Positions 9,576 to 19,388 of a stretch of 64,000 nt of DNA are shown here, piece by piece. This stretch comes from a virus (Duplodnaviria > Heunggongvirae > Uroviricota > Caudoviricetes). Each line of letters starts with the position of its first letter. The stretch's first letter is position 1. Location: the IMG/VR virus record IMGVR_UViG_3300032116_012976; one strand, written 5' to 3'. The notes beneath the pieces are model-generated. The model was not told the DNA's origin. It made no database searches and saw only the letters and a list, made by a program, of their open reading frames with translations. Both the position numbers and the translations under genes were made by a program.

Positions 9576-11037
9576 TGCAGGCTTTCATGACGCTGCCTTG
9601 ACCTTGTTAGACCAGCACGGCAAGATTGTGTTTGCCGGCCATTCAGAACGTTACAGCAAGCAAAAAAATGATGCTGATATTTCATCAGCCATGCTTGACG
9701 AAATTGACATGAGTCAGGTAGGTACCATTGCGTACTACGAACGTCCGTGGATGAAACAACTGCGTCAATGGTATGCAGGACAGGGTATTGAGTGGAACAA
9801 AGTAACCACAAGACAAATACTAGAGCAACAGCTTGGCGCTGACCAAGTCAATGGCAAACGCATTAAAAACTACAATCATCATTTGTGTCATGCTGCTGCT
9901 GGTTTTCAAACAAGCCCTTATCCCATAGCCACAGTGGTTGTGATAGATGCTGTGGGCGAATGGGACACAGTGTCAATCTGGGGAGCAATGTATGATAAAA
10001 ATCTTAAAGCAACGTATACTCGACTTTGGTCGCAGAGTTATCCACATTCAATTGGATTATTCTACAGTGCTATTACTAAGCGCATTGGCCTACACCCACT
10101 AGACGAAGAATACATCACCATGGGCATGGCCGGATGGGGAACACCTCGATGGACCGAAGTCATGCGTGATGTACTCGTGGACAATCCAGAACAACTGCGG
10201 TTTAGATCAAACTTACACACAGGACTTGATTCAAGTTTTTTAGATTGTGCAACCAATGAAGATATTGCTGCTTCGGCACAACAACTCACAGAGTATCTAA
10301 TACACCAAGTTATGACCAAGGCCAAAAACTTTGGGTGGAGTGACAACTTGGTTTACATGGGCGGAGTGGCGCTAAACTGTTTGGCCAATAGGAGGTTAGG
10401 TGAATACTTTGATAACATATGGATTATGCCTTGTCCTGGTGATGCTGGCAGTAGCCTGGGCGCCGCCGCTCTTGCACACGGCGGTTGTGTTCAGTGGACT
10501 AGTGCTAGTCTTGGCCATAATATACCTGGTGATTACCCTGTTTACAATGCCATGGCTGCTCTTCTCACTGATCGTATTGTGGGTGTGGCATCGGGCCGAG
10601 CAGAATTCGGACCCAGAGCCCTAGGCAATAGATCATTGCTAGCAGACCCCCGTGGCGCTGACATAAAAGACCAAGTGAATTCGATCAAACGCAGACAAAA
10701 ATTTAGACCTTTTGCCCCAGTTATTCTGGAGGAGTTGGCTGACGATTACTTTGATATGCCTCGTTGCTGGAGTGACAGTAGGTATATGCAAATTGTCGCT
10801 CGTTGCCGGCATCCTGACTTATTTCCCGCTGTTATTCATGTTGACGGCACTAGTCGTGTACAGACTGTGCCCCGCGACGGATCAGGCATAAGAAAGCTGT
10901 TGGAAGCATGGTACGCCGAGACAGGTTGCCCTATGTTGCTTAATACAAGTTTAAACATACGTGGGGAGCCAATGGTAAACGACAGAGCAGACGCAGACCG
11001 ATTTGAAACACTGTATGGTGTAAAGGTATGTTCATGA
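9547..11037 (+). CDS. carbamoyltransferase (NodU/CmcH family)
   Basis: The N-terminus ILGISAGFHDAALTLLDQHGKIVFAGHSERYSKQKND is typical of NodU/CmcH/HypF-like carbamoyltransferases. Length 496 aa. Confidence 0.7.
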   Translation: MKSQNILGISAGFHDAALTLLDQHGKIVFAGHSERYSKQKNDADISSAMLDEIDMSQVGTIAYYERPWMKQLRQWYAGQGIEWNKVTTRQILEQQLGADQVNGKRIKNYNHHLCHAAAGFQTSPYPIATVVVIDAVGEWDTVSIWGAMYDKNLKATYTRLWSQSYPHSIGLFYSAITKRIGLHPLDEEYITMGMAGWGTPRWTEVMRDVLVDNPEQLRFRSNLHTGLDSSFLDCATNEDIAASAQQLTEYLIHQVMTKAKNFGWSDNLVYMGGVALNCLANRRLGEYFDNIWIMPCPGDAGSSLGAAALAHGGCVQWTSASLGHNIPGDYPVYNAMAALLTDRIVGVASGRAEFGPRALGNRSLLADPRGADIKDQVNSIKRRQKFRPFAPVILEELADDYFDMPRCWSDSRYMQIVARCRHPDLFPAVIHVDGTSRVQTVPRDGSGIRKLLEAWYAETGCPMLLNTSLNIRGEPMVNDRADADRFETLYGVKVCS

Positions 11038-11720
11038 TTATAATTATGGGCGATAGTTGGGGCGTGGGAGAATGGGGATCGGATAAAGATCGCAGTTGTT
11101 GTTTAACGGGTCCGGGAATAGGTCAATTGTTTTCTTTGCATGGCAAAGTAATAAATTTTAGTCAGGGCGGTGCTAATAATTTTGAACAACAACAGGAGTT
11201 TGAACGGTTGTTGGCAAAATTCAAACCAGATGACAATGATCAATTTTATTGGATAGTTACAGATCCTTTAAGAAATGTTGTACCTAGCACGTTACTAGAA
11301 ACTGCTTCAAGTATTGAATCTGCCGCACAAGAACTGTTAAATTTGTTTTTTAAAAATATTAATTTCATTGCAACTAGTCGCAATATAACCATTAGGTTAA
11401 TTGGAGGGCTCTGTGATCTTGAACCTATATCTTACAGCCATTTAAAAGTGGTTGTTCCAAGTTGGTGCAAAATGCTTAATGCAACTCATACATCATCAAT
11501 TTTTGTAGATGACACAATTAAAGAGCTTGCACCATATATTGCAGCGCATAGGCCTGATTTAAAACATGAATGGACAGAAATAGCCAAAACTGCATTGGAC
11601 AAAAGAAAAAGTGTTAAGTACTTAGAATCTTGTGGGCTAATAGTGGCAGACCATCCTTCAAGACAAGCGCACAGATTACTAAGAGATTATTTGTCACCGG
11701 GCAACGAAAATGTTTTTTAA
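11028..11720 (+). CDS. GDSL-like hydrolase (second copy, divergent)
   Basis: N-terminal block IIIMGDSWGVGEWG. It is flanked by a duplicated gene-end junction (see findings). Confidence 0.4.
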   Translation: MFMIIIMGDSWGVGEWGSDKDRSCCLTGPGIGQLFSLHGKVINFSQGGANNFEQQQEFERLLAKFKPDDNDQFYWIVTDPLRNVVPSTLLETASSIESAAQELLNLFFKNINFIATSRNITIRLIGGLCDLEPISYSHLKVVVPSWCKMLNATHTSSIFVDDTIKELAPYIAAHRPDLKHEWTEIAKTALDKRKSVKYLESCGLIVADHPSRQAHRLLRDYLSPGNENVF

Positions 11721-11777
11721 AAACATTGGTGTTAATATAATGCTAATTCAATCAGTTGATTCTTGTGGGAGTTTGAC

Positions 11778-11864
11778 CTTGCACATACGTGGTGAGCCCA
11801 TGGTCAACGATAGAGCAGATGCAGATAGATTTGAACGTGAGTATGGTGTCAAGGTCTGTTCATG
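11778..11864 (+). repeat. 87-nt degenerate duplication (~79% identity) of the carbamoyltransferase 3' end (10951-11037)
   Basis: An ungapped alignment of the two 87-mers. Both end in gttcATGa, which overlaps the start of the next gene. Confidence 0.6.
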
Positions 11865-12407
11865 AATGTGCATGCAATTCATTTGCCCAATCAGGCTCGA
11901 TGTTTTTTAATTGACAGCTTTTTCCCACAAAGTCATCTAGCCAGCATACATGAAATATGTGAGGCTTTCAGCAAAGAGTCTGTGGCCTGGCAGCATCCTG
12001 AGTGGACCACGTATCGTTACATATATCAAAACTGCTCACCTGAATGGCAGTCAGTTGTGGACTATCTAAAAGTTCCCAACCCAGAACTCACTCAAGCACT
12101 GGGCTATGCTGTGACATGTGATGAAGTGTTGTTATGGGCAGAGTTTCAAGGCATTGGAATATTGCAACCGCATGTTGAAATACCCGGCGGTAAAAATCTC
12201 AGTCAGTTGTATATTACCAAACAGCCAGTGCCCAATAACGGCACTACCATCTATACCGATCAAAAAGAAATATTATGCTTGTTGCCGTATCGTGACAACT
12301 TTGGATGGTTCTTTGATGACAGTGGTCGAGTCATGCATGGGCGTGACAATGACGTACCACCAGACATCATACGTTTTACCATGATGATGCACTGGTCTAA
12401 AGTGTAA
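11862..12407 (+). CDS. hypothetical protein
   Basis: A 181-aa ORF. Its ATG overlaps the duplicated TCATGA junction sequence. Confidence 0.4.
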   Translation: MNVHAIHLPNQARCFLIDSFFPQSHLASIHEICEAFSKESVAWQHPEWTTYRYIYQNCSPEWQSVVDYLKVPNPELTQALGYAVTCDEVLLWAEFQGIGILQPHVEIPGGKNLSQLYITKQPVPNNGTTIYTDQKEILCLLPYRDNFGWFFDDSGRVMHGRDNDVPPDIIRFTMMMHWSKV

Positions 12408-13448
12408 TTACAGATAAGTTTCTAAACCGCCACGACGGCGGATATCCTGTGTGCAACAAGATATACCGCCGTCCCAGAAGTAGCTGTGACGCAACTCACA
12501 TATAATGGGTTCAATCCCATGCTTCCTACAGTAATCAAAAACTTCTTTGTTGTACGCACTAAAGATCACGTGCGATTCATCTAACACAAGACAGTTGACA
12601 TCAAACACAGTTTCGGCCACAAAGCCAGTCCATTTGGTCAGATAAGTGTTCACAAAGTCTGTGAACTCAGGTGTGGGTGTTTGGCCTTGCACATACCATG
12701 CGCCAGGTGATTGTTCGTACTTGAACTTGCCCACTTCCATAGCGGCCCAGATTGAACTGTCCCAGATCTTACATACGTCCCAGCCAGGAAAGTCTTTGGC
12801 TAGATCCAAGTTAACATCGTGCTTGCTGGACAGTAACACACCGGGTTTGAGAATAGCAAACACAGCATCACCGTGTCCATCTGTAACAGCTTCGTGTATG
12901 CGATACTCTGGACCTAGGCAATTGTCCACAATCCAACGAGTTTGATCAGGACGCAAAAAGTCTGAGTTGTCAAAGAACACATCACGCCCCACACGCACAA
13001 TACAACTTGCACTTGCACCATTTAGTATGCAATCTGGATCCCAGGCGCTTTTGTGTGGGTTAATGACTGCATCTCCGTAGCCTCGGCAAACGTTATCCAG
13101 TTCAGGCATGGCCAACACACGCAACAATTTGCCGCCCAAGGTGATTTGCCAGTCGCGTGGTGTGAGTGGCGGCAGCGGAGCACCTCCTCCTTCAGTTTGG
13201 AACCATACAAATTGATCTTTTGCAGGTAGATCTGGACGACGAACTTGAGCTCCAAACTGCTCAATGGTCTTGGACAAGTTAGCAAGATCTTCTTCAGTTT
13301 CATGGAGAATCTGTTGCAGTTGATTGCGCACTTGTGGATTGTCTATGAAATCAAAGTAGTCAGGCGAGTAAGCACGACCCACAATTACTTCTTCAAGTGG
13401 TTGCCAGCTGGTGTAGGAGTTAACGATATTGCTCATGTATTTTCTCAA
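12408..13448 (-). CDS. amidinotransferase-superfamily-like protein (tentative)
   Basis: The C-terminal motif HSYFWDGGISCCTQD resembles the catalytic Cys region (GG.x.C.T) of arginine deiminase / amidinotransferase / StrB1-type enzymes. Length 346 aa. Confidence 0.35.
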   Translation of the reverse strand: MRKYMSNIVNSYTSWQPLEEVIVGRAYSPDYFDFIDNPQVRNQLQQILHETEEDLANLSKTIEQFGAQVRRPDLPAKDQFVWFQTEGGGAPLPPLTPRDWQITLGGKLLRVLAMPELDNVCRGYGDAVINPHKSAWDPDCILNGASASCIVRVGRDVFFDNSDFLRPDQTRWIVDNCLGPEYRIHEAVTDGHGDAVFAILKPGVLLSSKHDVNLDLAKDFPGWDVCKIWDSSIWAAMEVGKFKYEQSPGAWYVQGQTPTPEFTDFVNTYLTKWTGFVAETVFDVNCLVLDESHVIFSAYNKEVFDYCRKHGIEPIICELRHSYFWDGGISCCTQDIRRRGGLETYL

Positions 13449-14610
13449 TCAAGCTATTTAAACGCTTGCTCTTGTTGGCAACAAATAATTGCTGGTTGTG
13501 TTCTATGTCTGCTCTGGCAGCTTCGAACAACTGCGGTAACCTGGGTTGAGCGGCTGCTATGCTGTCACGCAAGCTCTCCCAACGCTGTGTGTGGTTTGCA
13601 ATTTTATCGTAACTGTTATCCAGTATGCCATCAAACACACGATAGCCCAGATCACGCAACACTTGCAAACTACCAGCACCACCGCCCACAAAAAACAACT
13701 GCCCGTGTTTGATAGGTTTGAATGTTTTTTCTGTAACAAATGCACCATTTGACTGATCCACATCAAATTGACTTTCCAACACTATGTTACAGTATGCGTT
13801 TGCAAAATATTTTGGTTCCATTACAGAATGATTGTTGCGATCGCTATCACTTAGTTCATCGCTGATGTAAGGTGCCTGATCCAGGAACCGTTTGCGATCA
13901 TAACGCAGCTGACTGATCATATCTACTTCTATTGGGCAGTCGGTATCTTCACCGTAAGGTTCTTCACAATAACTCCAATAACTGTTGCTCAGTATACCAG
14001 AGCGATGCAGGTCTGCCATGGCAGTGGCCCGCCACCATTTGTGCAGTCTGCTCAAACAAGTAAAATCTCGTTCTCGTGGCAAGTTGTGAATTTCTAAAGG
14101 CGCACTGTTGATGTTGCGCTGATAATACCACAGTTCAAAGTCGTGAAATGTAACAAAGCCGGGCAACTGGTCTGCGGATGTATTACTGCTGACAAATATA
14201 TAACAGTCTGGTGGCAACAGGTGTTGTTCGGCTAATGCGTCCAGTCTGTTTTTGATTCGTCTAGGACTGTCACCTTCGTGGTACATGAACAACACACGTA
14301 ACTCACTGCGGTGCAGTTTTTTTCTTACAGCAACTGTCATTAATTCAAAGTAGTCAATGTCAAAGTCAAAGAATCCCAAGCAAACAGGATAGTATGTGTT
14401 GGCTGGCAAGCTGTGGTCGATGTTGTGAACTGTTAAATCAATACCATGTTGACCACAGTATTCTTGTATTCGCACAGGAGTAGTGTATGGCCAGTGCTCG
14501 CCAAACTGTCTCCAGCCGGGAGTGTAAGGTCTAGCTTCGTGCCGTGCCAGGGCAGGATATATTTTACCTTTGATGGTTTGATCAGCAACAAGATTAAGTT
14601 TGTAATTCAT
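13420..14610 (-). CDS. GT10-like (TEK-motif) glycosyltransferase paralog
   Basis: Block VLESQFDVDQSNGAFVTEKTFKPIKHGQLFFVGG...LGYRVFDGILDNSYD. Confidence 0.4.
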   Translation of the reverse strand: MNYKLNLVADQTIKGKIYPALARHEARPYTPGWRQFGEHWPYTTPVRIQEYCGQHGIDLTVHNIDHSLPANTYYPVCLGFFDFDIDYFELMTVAVRKKLHRSELRVLFMYHEGDSPRRIKNRLDALAEQHLLPPDCYIFVSSNTSADQLPGFVTFHDFELWYYQRNINSAPLEIHNLPRERDFTCLSRLHKWWRATAMADLHRSGILSNSYWSYCEEPYGEDTDCPIEVDMISQLRYDRKRFLDQAPYISDELSDSDRNNHSVMEPKYFANAYCNIVLESQFDVDQSNGAFVTEKTFKPIKHGQLFFVGGGAGSLQVLRDLGYRVFDGILDNSYDKIANHTQRWESLRDSIAAAQPRLPQLFEAARADIEHNQQLFVANKSKRLNSLIEKIHEQYR

Positions 14611-15790
14611 ACAACATGTTTTGTAGTTCAGGCCAAAGTATGCTAGTCAATCCGCCTTGGTAAAAATGATGAAAGTTGTGTTCTACTAAGGGCACACATG
14701 CACGATGAATTTGCTCACGTTCTTTCAACGACAAACTGTCAAGGTCCTTGAGTAATTTTACTACCTTTTCCACACGCAGTTGATCATCGGTTTCTTGGTC
14801 GTAACTTTCGTCAAACACAGAATCAAATGTTTTGAAACCATAACTGCGCATGTATTCCAAACTGCCAGCAGGCGCCATCAACACAAACGGCATTTCTAAT
14901 GCAATGGCCTTGAATGTTTTTTCAGTAATGTGCAATCGACGTCCAAAATAAACTGTTTCAGTTGGCACATACACAAGAGAATCCTGCGCTTCTGTAAAAT
15001 TGGTAAGCCAACAGCTGGCCATCTGTTGAGTTTCTTCGCCAGCAAACAGTCTAGGCAATTCAGCAGTTCGAAACACTTGCTCAATGTCTGGATATATGTT
15101 ATTATACTTCTTAGCAATGTCAACAATGTCAACATTTTCATACACACAGACTCGTGGAGCTGAAATGTGATTGTGTTCCAATTGCTGTTTGAACACATGA
15201 TACAAAAACAACACTCGATGATCACGTTTGCCAGCAACAATCCGATTGGGACTCATGAACGTTTTGGTAGGAGCACGATCACGTGCTCTAGGAATCAAAA
15301 AAGACTTATCGTATCCACGAAACCAATCTTGACAGGCCCATCCATGATAAAAATAGTAATGACTTTTCCAGCCATATATATCACACAACTGTTCAACTTG
15401 TTCTCCATGCTCGCTAACAATAACATGTCCTTGTGATGTTTTTATTTGTTTGTTTTTAATAATGTTTGCTAAATTTAGATCAGTATAATTTGCAATTAAA
15501 AAATCAGCCATGTTAATGTAGTTGCTGTCAGGATCGTTAAGTCTGTACACAACATCAGCCATGCGATCTAACACTTCGTTAAACAATCCTCCATGTGCAT
15601 CTAAATGAACTGGTTCTTGATCATGAAAAAATATATAATCTTCTTCCTCGATGCCATCATACCCAAAATTCAACAATGCGTTGGGGCTGGTATCACCAGG
15701 TGGATCACAAAAGAACATGCGTGTGCCAGGAACATTTTGCTTGATCCAAGGCCAAAATGTATTGTTGTAAATTTCGTCTATTCTAATCAT
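14594..15790 (-). CDS. GT10-like (TEK-motif) glycosyltransferase paralog
   Basis: Block ITEKTFKAIALEMPFVLMAPAG...YGFKTFDSVFDESYDQ. Confidence 0.4.
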   Translation of the reverse strand: MIRIDEIYNNTFWPWIKQNVPGTRMFFCDPPGDTSPNALLNFGYDGIEEEDYIFFHDQEPVHLDAHGGLFNEVLDRMADVVYRLNDPDSNYINMADFLIANYTDLNLANIIKNKQIKTSQGHVIVSEHGEQVEQLCDIYGWKSHYYFYHGWACQDWFRGYDKSFLIPRARDRAPTKTFMSPNRIVAGKRDHRVLFLYHVFKQQLEHNHISAPRVCVYENVDIVDIAKKYNNIYPDIEQVFRTAELPRLFAGEETQQMASCWLTNFTEAQDSLVYVPTETVYFGRRLHITEKTFKAIALEMPFVLMAPAGSLEYMRSYGFKTFDSVFDESYDQETDDQLRVEKVVKLLKDLDSLSLKEREQIHRACVPLVEHNFHHFYQGGLTSILWPELQNMLYELQT

Positions 15791-18700
15791 GTTTGATGTT
15801 TTTTATTCGGGGAAAAAACCCAATGTTGTGGTGGGAGTACAAGAAGCTGAATCGATTGATCATGCACGTCAGTTGAGTCGCACACGATATTTTTGGTGGA
15901 TACACTACTTAGCAGATCTCGAGCACTGGGATTTTTCTTGGGAGCCTGTACCGTGGCAAAGTCACCAACGCCACGCCTGGGCCAACCAACATCAACCTGA
16001 CGCTGGCATATATCTTGTGCCTGCAAACTGGGATGGGCAAGAAACCAATTATCACTCTGCTCCTGCAATACATCACGGGGTTGATGCAAACTACTGGCAC
16101 ATTCCCGGCTGGATTGATGCTACCAGCATAGATCCACAATGGAGTCCAGACCCAATGGATCCACCTTATATCTACGAGTTTCCTGTGGAGTGGGGATGGG
16201 ATAGAATTGGTGGGCCACAGTATCGAGTTCCTGGTGCTAGTGAAATCAAATACGTCAACGCTTTTGTAACAAAAACTCAGCACAATCCATTGCCTTGGTT
16301 TCAGCATTGTGAGTTTAACTGGACTGACGAAGCCTATCGTTGGCGCCCATGTCCCGAAGATCCTCCTTACATCTATGTGTTTGGTAATCAATGGTATCCA
16401 GCTGAAGTCATGCCTACTGTGGAATATCGAGTTCCTGGCGCCACAGAACGCAAATACATGGATCTGCGTGTGCAGTTACCAGAACGTCACACTAACCACT
16501 GGCACACTTTGCATGATTGCGAATGGGATTATTCATGGGTGCCAGACCCAGGAGATCCACCTTATATCTATGTTTTTGGCAATCAACATTGGCCTGCTGA
16601 AAAAATGCCCACAGTGGAATATCATGTGCCAGGCGCTACCGAGCGCAAGTACATGCACATGACTGCAAGATTACTCAGTGACAAAACCAATTGGACCATA
16701 CACGAATACATCAAACGATGGGACTATTCATGGGTGCCGGATCCAGGAGACCCACCATACATCTACATATGGGGCAATCAACATTGGCCCGGCGAGATCA
16801 TGCCCACCTTAACATATACAATGCCTGGTGCAACAGATATCAAATACGTAGATGGACCACAACCTGAGTTGGGCAGTTGCATGGGCAATTGGGAATGGTG
16901 CGAAGATATCAACGACAGTGAGTGGGATTGGACGTGGGTACCCAACCCCAAGGACCCTCCCTATATCTATGTGTTTGGCAATCAATGGAATCCGCCAGAA
17001 TTAAAAGCCAGTATCAAGTATCATGTAGATGGTGCTACAGAAGTCAAGTATATGGATCGACGCACCACAAGATTGCCGCAGCCTGATCTTTTTACTAATG
17101 TTCTTCCAGTGACGCAGTTTGATTACTCTTGGGAACCTGATCCCACAGATCCGCCAATGACCTATGTGTTTGGTAGTCAGTGGAATCCTGGTGTGCTAGA
17201 ACCCGCTGTAACATACAGCACTGGAGGCACAGAAATCAAGTATGTAGACAACATAATTGCTCAAGTGGCACCAAACCCTGAGTCCTGGACACTGCTGGAC
17301 GATGTGATAGAGTTTGACTACAGTTGGAGACCAAATCCCACAGATCCCCCTTACATTTATGTGTTTGGTAATCAATGGCTAAGTGCAGAAGTCCGACCTG
17401 CACTAGAGTATCATGTGCCAGGTGCTACAGAACGCAAGTACATGGATCATCCACGGGCTCAACGTCGTGGCAACCCAGAGTTATTTGTGAAGTTACATCC
17501 TTGTGCGTTTGATTGGTCGTGGGAACCAGAACCAGGATCGCCTCCTTACAAGTATGTGTTTGGTAATCAATGGCACGCCGCAGAAATCATGCCCACAGTT
17601 GAATACAACATGCCAGGTGCTACTGAACTCAAGTATATGGACGAGCCAAAAGCTAAACTACCCGAAAACCCCAATCGACCTTGGTACAATGTAGTTGAGA
17701 GCGACATGGATTATTCATGGGTACCGGATCCCGGAGATCCTCCATATATCTATGTGTTTGGCAATCAATGGCACTCAGCTGAAATCATGCCCACAGTAGA
17801 ATATCGCATGCCCGGCGCTACAGAACGCAAGTACGTGGATATATCCGCACAATTGCTACCTGACTTGACACACTGGCACATACCTGATCATGTTGATGTC
17901 ACGGACATGGACTTCTCTTGGGTACCTGATCCAGGTGAGCCGCCCTACATCTATCAGTTTGCCACACAGCACCAAAAAACAGGCGGCCCGCAATATCGGG
18001 TGCCATGTGCTAGTGAAGTCAAGTATGTGGATATGATGCGAGCCGAAGTCAAACGTGAGGCTGTGCCTATTTTTGAAATTGATCACATGGACGGCAATGC
18101 TGGTCAGATCCCTAACGTGGTCAAAAAGATTCGATATTTTGACAACTATAGAGACACTCTAATACGTCTGGCCAAGAGTCTAGTGGGCGAATACGAGCAT
18201 GTGTGGGTGTGTAGCAGTATATGCGATTACACTGACTTTGATTTTTCATGGCATCCAGAAACATGGCAAAGCACCATGCTCCATGTGTTCCCTAGCAACA
18301 AACAAAAGTTTGGGGACACATTCTACATGCATGTGCCTACCTTTGCTGAACGAGCAGAAAAGAAACAGTTGTTAGAATGGTATTCGGTAAACTATGTGTC
18401 ACGACGGGCAGTGCCACGCAGACCTATGCCTGTGATTGTGCATGATGGCGACAGTCAAGTTGATGCTGTAAAGTCACAAGACTTTGTGGGTCCATTGGCC
18501 ATGTTTACCAATCATGACTATGTGCCTAGCGACCTTGTTACAGTGCCCTTGTGGCGGCAAGAAACCAAGACTATTGTGCCTGTAAGTTCAGGCGCTGGCA
18601 GTGTAGTTGTGCCTAAAGTGGCTGTGCCCTTTATCAAGACACAGTTGTATGACTATCCGCACATAGACAAAACACAACGAATGTTGAAAGACAAGCCATT

Positions 18701-19388
18701 AGACATTGTGTTTATCAGCAATGGTGAAATCAACGCTAATCGACACTTTGAACATCTAGCCAGTGCGACTTGTAATTTAAAAAATAAACTGCATCGTGTG
18801 GATGGTGTGAATGGACGTGTGGCTGCTTATCATGCTGCCGCACAGGTCAGCGGTACACCTTGGTTCTTTGCAGTATTTGCTAAGTTGCAGGTCAATAAAG
18901 AATTTGACTGGAACTGGCAACCTGACCGCATGCAACAGGCCAAACACTATATCTTTCATGCCAAGAATCCTCTCAATGGACTGGTATACGGACACCAGGC
19001 CATGATTGCATACAACAAGAAGTTAGTGCTAGAGAACAAAGGTCTGGGCCTAGACTTCACACTAGACCAGCCACACGAAGTAGTACCCATCTTGTCAGGC
19101 ACAGCATGGTACACTGACTCACCGTGGATGGCCTGGCGTACTGCTTTCCGTGAAGTAATTAAACTGATGACCACTTTGCCTGATGTGGAAAGTGAATACC
19201 GCTTGAACAAATGGCTTGATATCAACAGCGACGAAGCGGACCCGCAGTGGAGTCGACTTGGTGCAGAAGATGCTGAGGAATATTACAACTCAGTCAACGG
19301 AGACTTTGCAGAACTGCGAAAGAGTTATGATTGGGCTTGGCTGGCTAGCTATGCGTTTATTAAACGATCTCTAACAACTGATCAATAA
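15789..19388 (+). CDS. large tandem-repeat protein (about 10 repeats of ~88 aa) with a distinct C-terminal domain
   Basis: A 1199-aa ORF. The repeated unit is W(D/E)(Y/F)SWVPDPGDPPYIYVFGNQW..AE(I/V)MPTVEY.VPGATE.KYMD. Copies are seen at PPYIYEF, PPYIYVFGNQWYP, PPYIYVFGNQHWP, PPYIYIWGNQHWP, PPYIYVFGNQWNP, PPMTYVFGSQWNP, PPYIYVFGNQWLS, PPYKYVFGNQWHA, PPYIYVFGNQWHS and PPYIYQFATQ. Confidence 0.6.
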   Translation: MFDVFYSGKKPNVVVGVQEAESIDHARQLSRTRYFWWIHYLADLEHWDFSWEPVPWQSHQRHAWANQHQPDAGIYLVPANWDGQETNYHSAPAIHHGVDANYWHIPGWIDATSIDPQWSPDPMDPPYIYEFPVEWGWDRIGGPQYRVPGASEIKYVNAFVTKTQHNPLPWFQHCEFNWTDEAYRWRPCPEDPPYIYVFGNQWYPAEVMPTVEYRVPGATERKYMDLRVQLPERHTNHWHTLHDCEWDYSWVPDPGDPPYIYVFGNQHWPAEKMPTVEYHVPGATERKYMHMTARLLSDKTNWTIHEYIKRWDYSWVPDPGDPPYIYIWGNQHWPGEIMPTLTYTMPGATDIKYVDGPQPELGSCMGNWEWCEDINDSEWDWTWVPNPKDPPYIYVFGNQWNPPELKASIKYHVDGATEVKYMDRRTTRLPQPDLFTNVLPVTQFDYSWEPDPTDPPMTYVFGSQWNPGVLEPAVTYSTGGTEIKYVDNIIAQVAPNPESWTLLDDVIEFDYSWRPNPTDPPYIYVFGNQWLSAEVRPALEYHVPGATERKYMDHPRAQRRGNPELFVKLHPCAFDWSWEPEPGSPPYKYVFGNQWHAAEIMPTVEYNMPGATELKYMDEPKAKLPENPNRPWYNVVESDMDYSWVPDPGDPPYIYVFGNQWHSAEIMPTVEYRMPGATERKYVDISAQLLPDLTHWHIPDHVDVTDMDFSWVPDPGEPPYIYQFATQHQKTGGPQYRVPCASEVKYVDMMRAEVKREAVPIFEIDHMDGNAGQIPNVVKKIRYFDNYRDTLIRLAKSLVGEYEHVWVCSSICDYTDFDFSWHPETWQSTMLHVFPSNKQKFGDTFYMHVPTFAERAEKKQLLEWYSVNYVSRRAVPRRPMPVIVHDGDSQVDAVKSQDFVGPLAMFTNHDYVPSDLVTVPLWRQETKTIVPVSSGAGSVVVPKVAVPFIKTQLYDYPHIDKTQRMLKDKPLDIVFISNGEINANRHFEHLASATCNLKNKLHRVDGVNGRVAAYHAAAQVSGTPWFFAVFAKLQVNKEFDWNWQPDRMQQAKHYIFHAKNPLNGLVYGHQAMIAYNKKLVLENKGLGLDFTLDQPHEVVPILSGTAWYTDSPWMAWRTAFREVIKLMTTLPDVESEYRLNKWLDINSDEADPQWSRLGAEDAEEYYNSVNGDFAELRKSYDWAWLASYAFIKRSLTTDQ

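Noticed and set aside
15909-16662. ORFs 15909..16391(-) and 16309..16662(+) inside the repeat-protein gene
   Set aside because: They are frame echoes of the repetitive DNA. The main frame is continuous over 3.6 kb.
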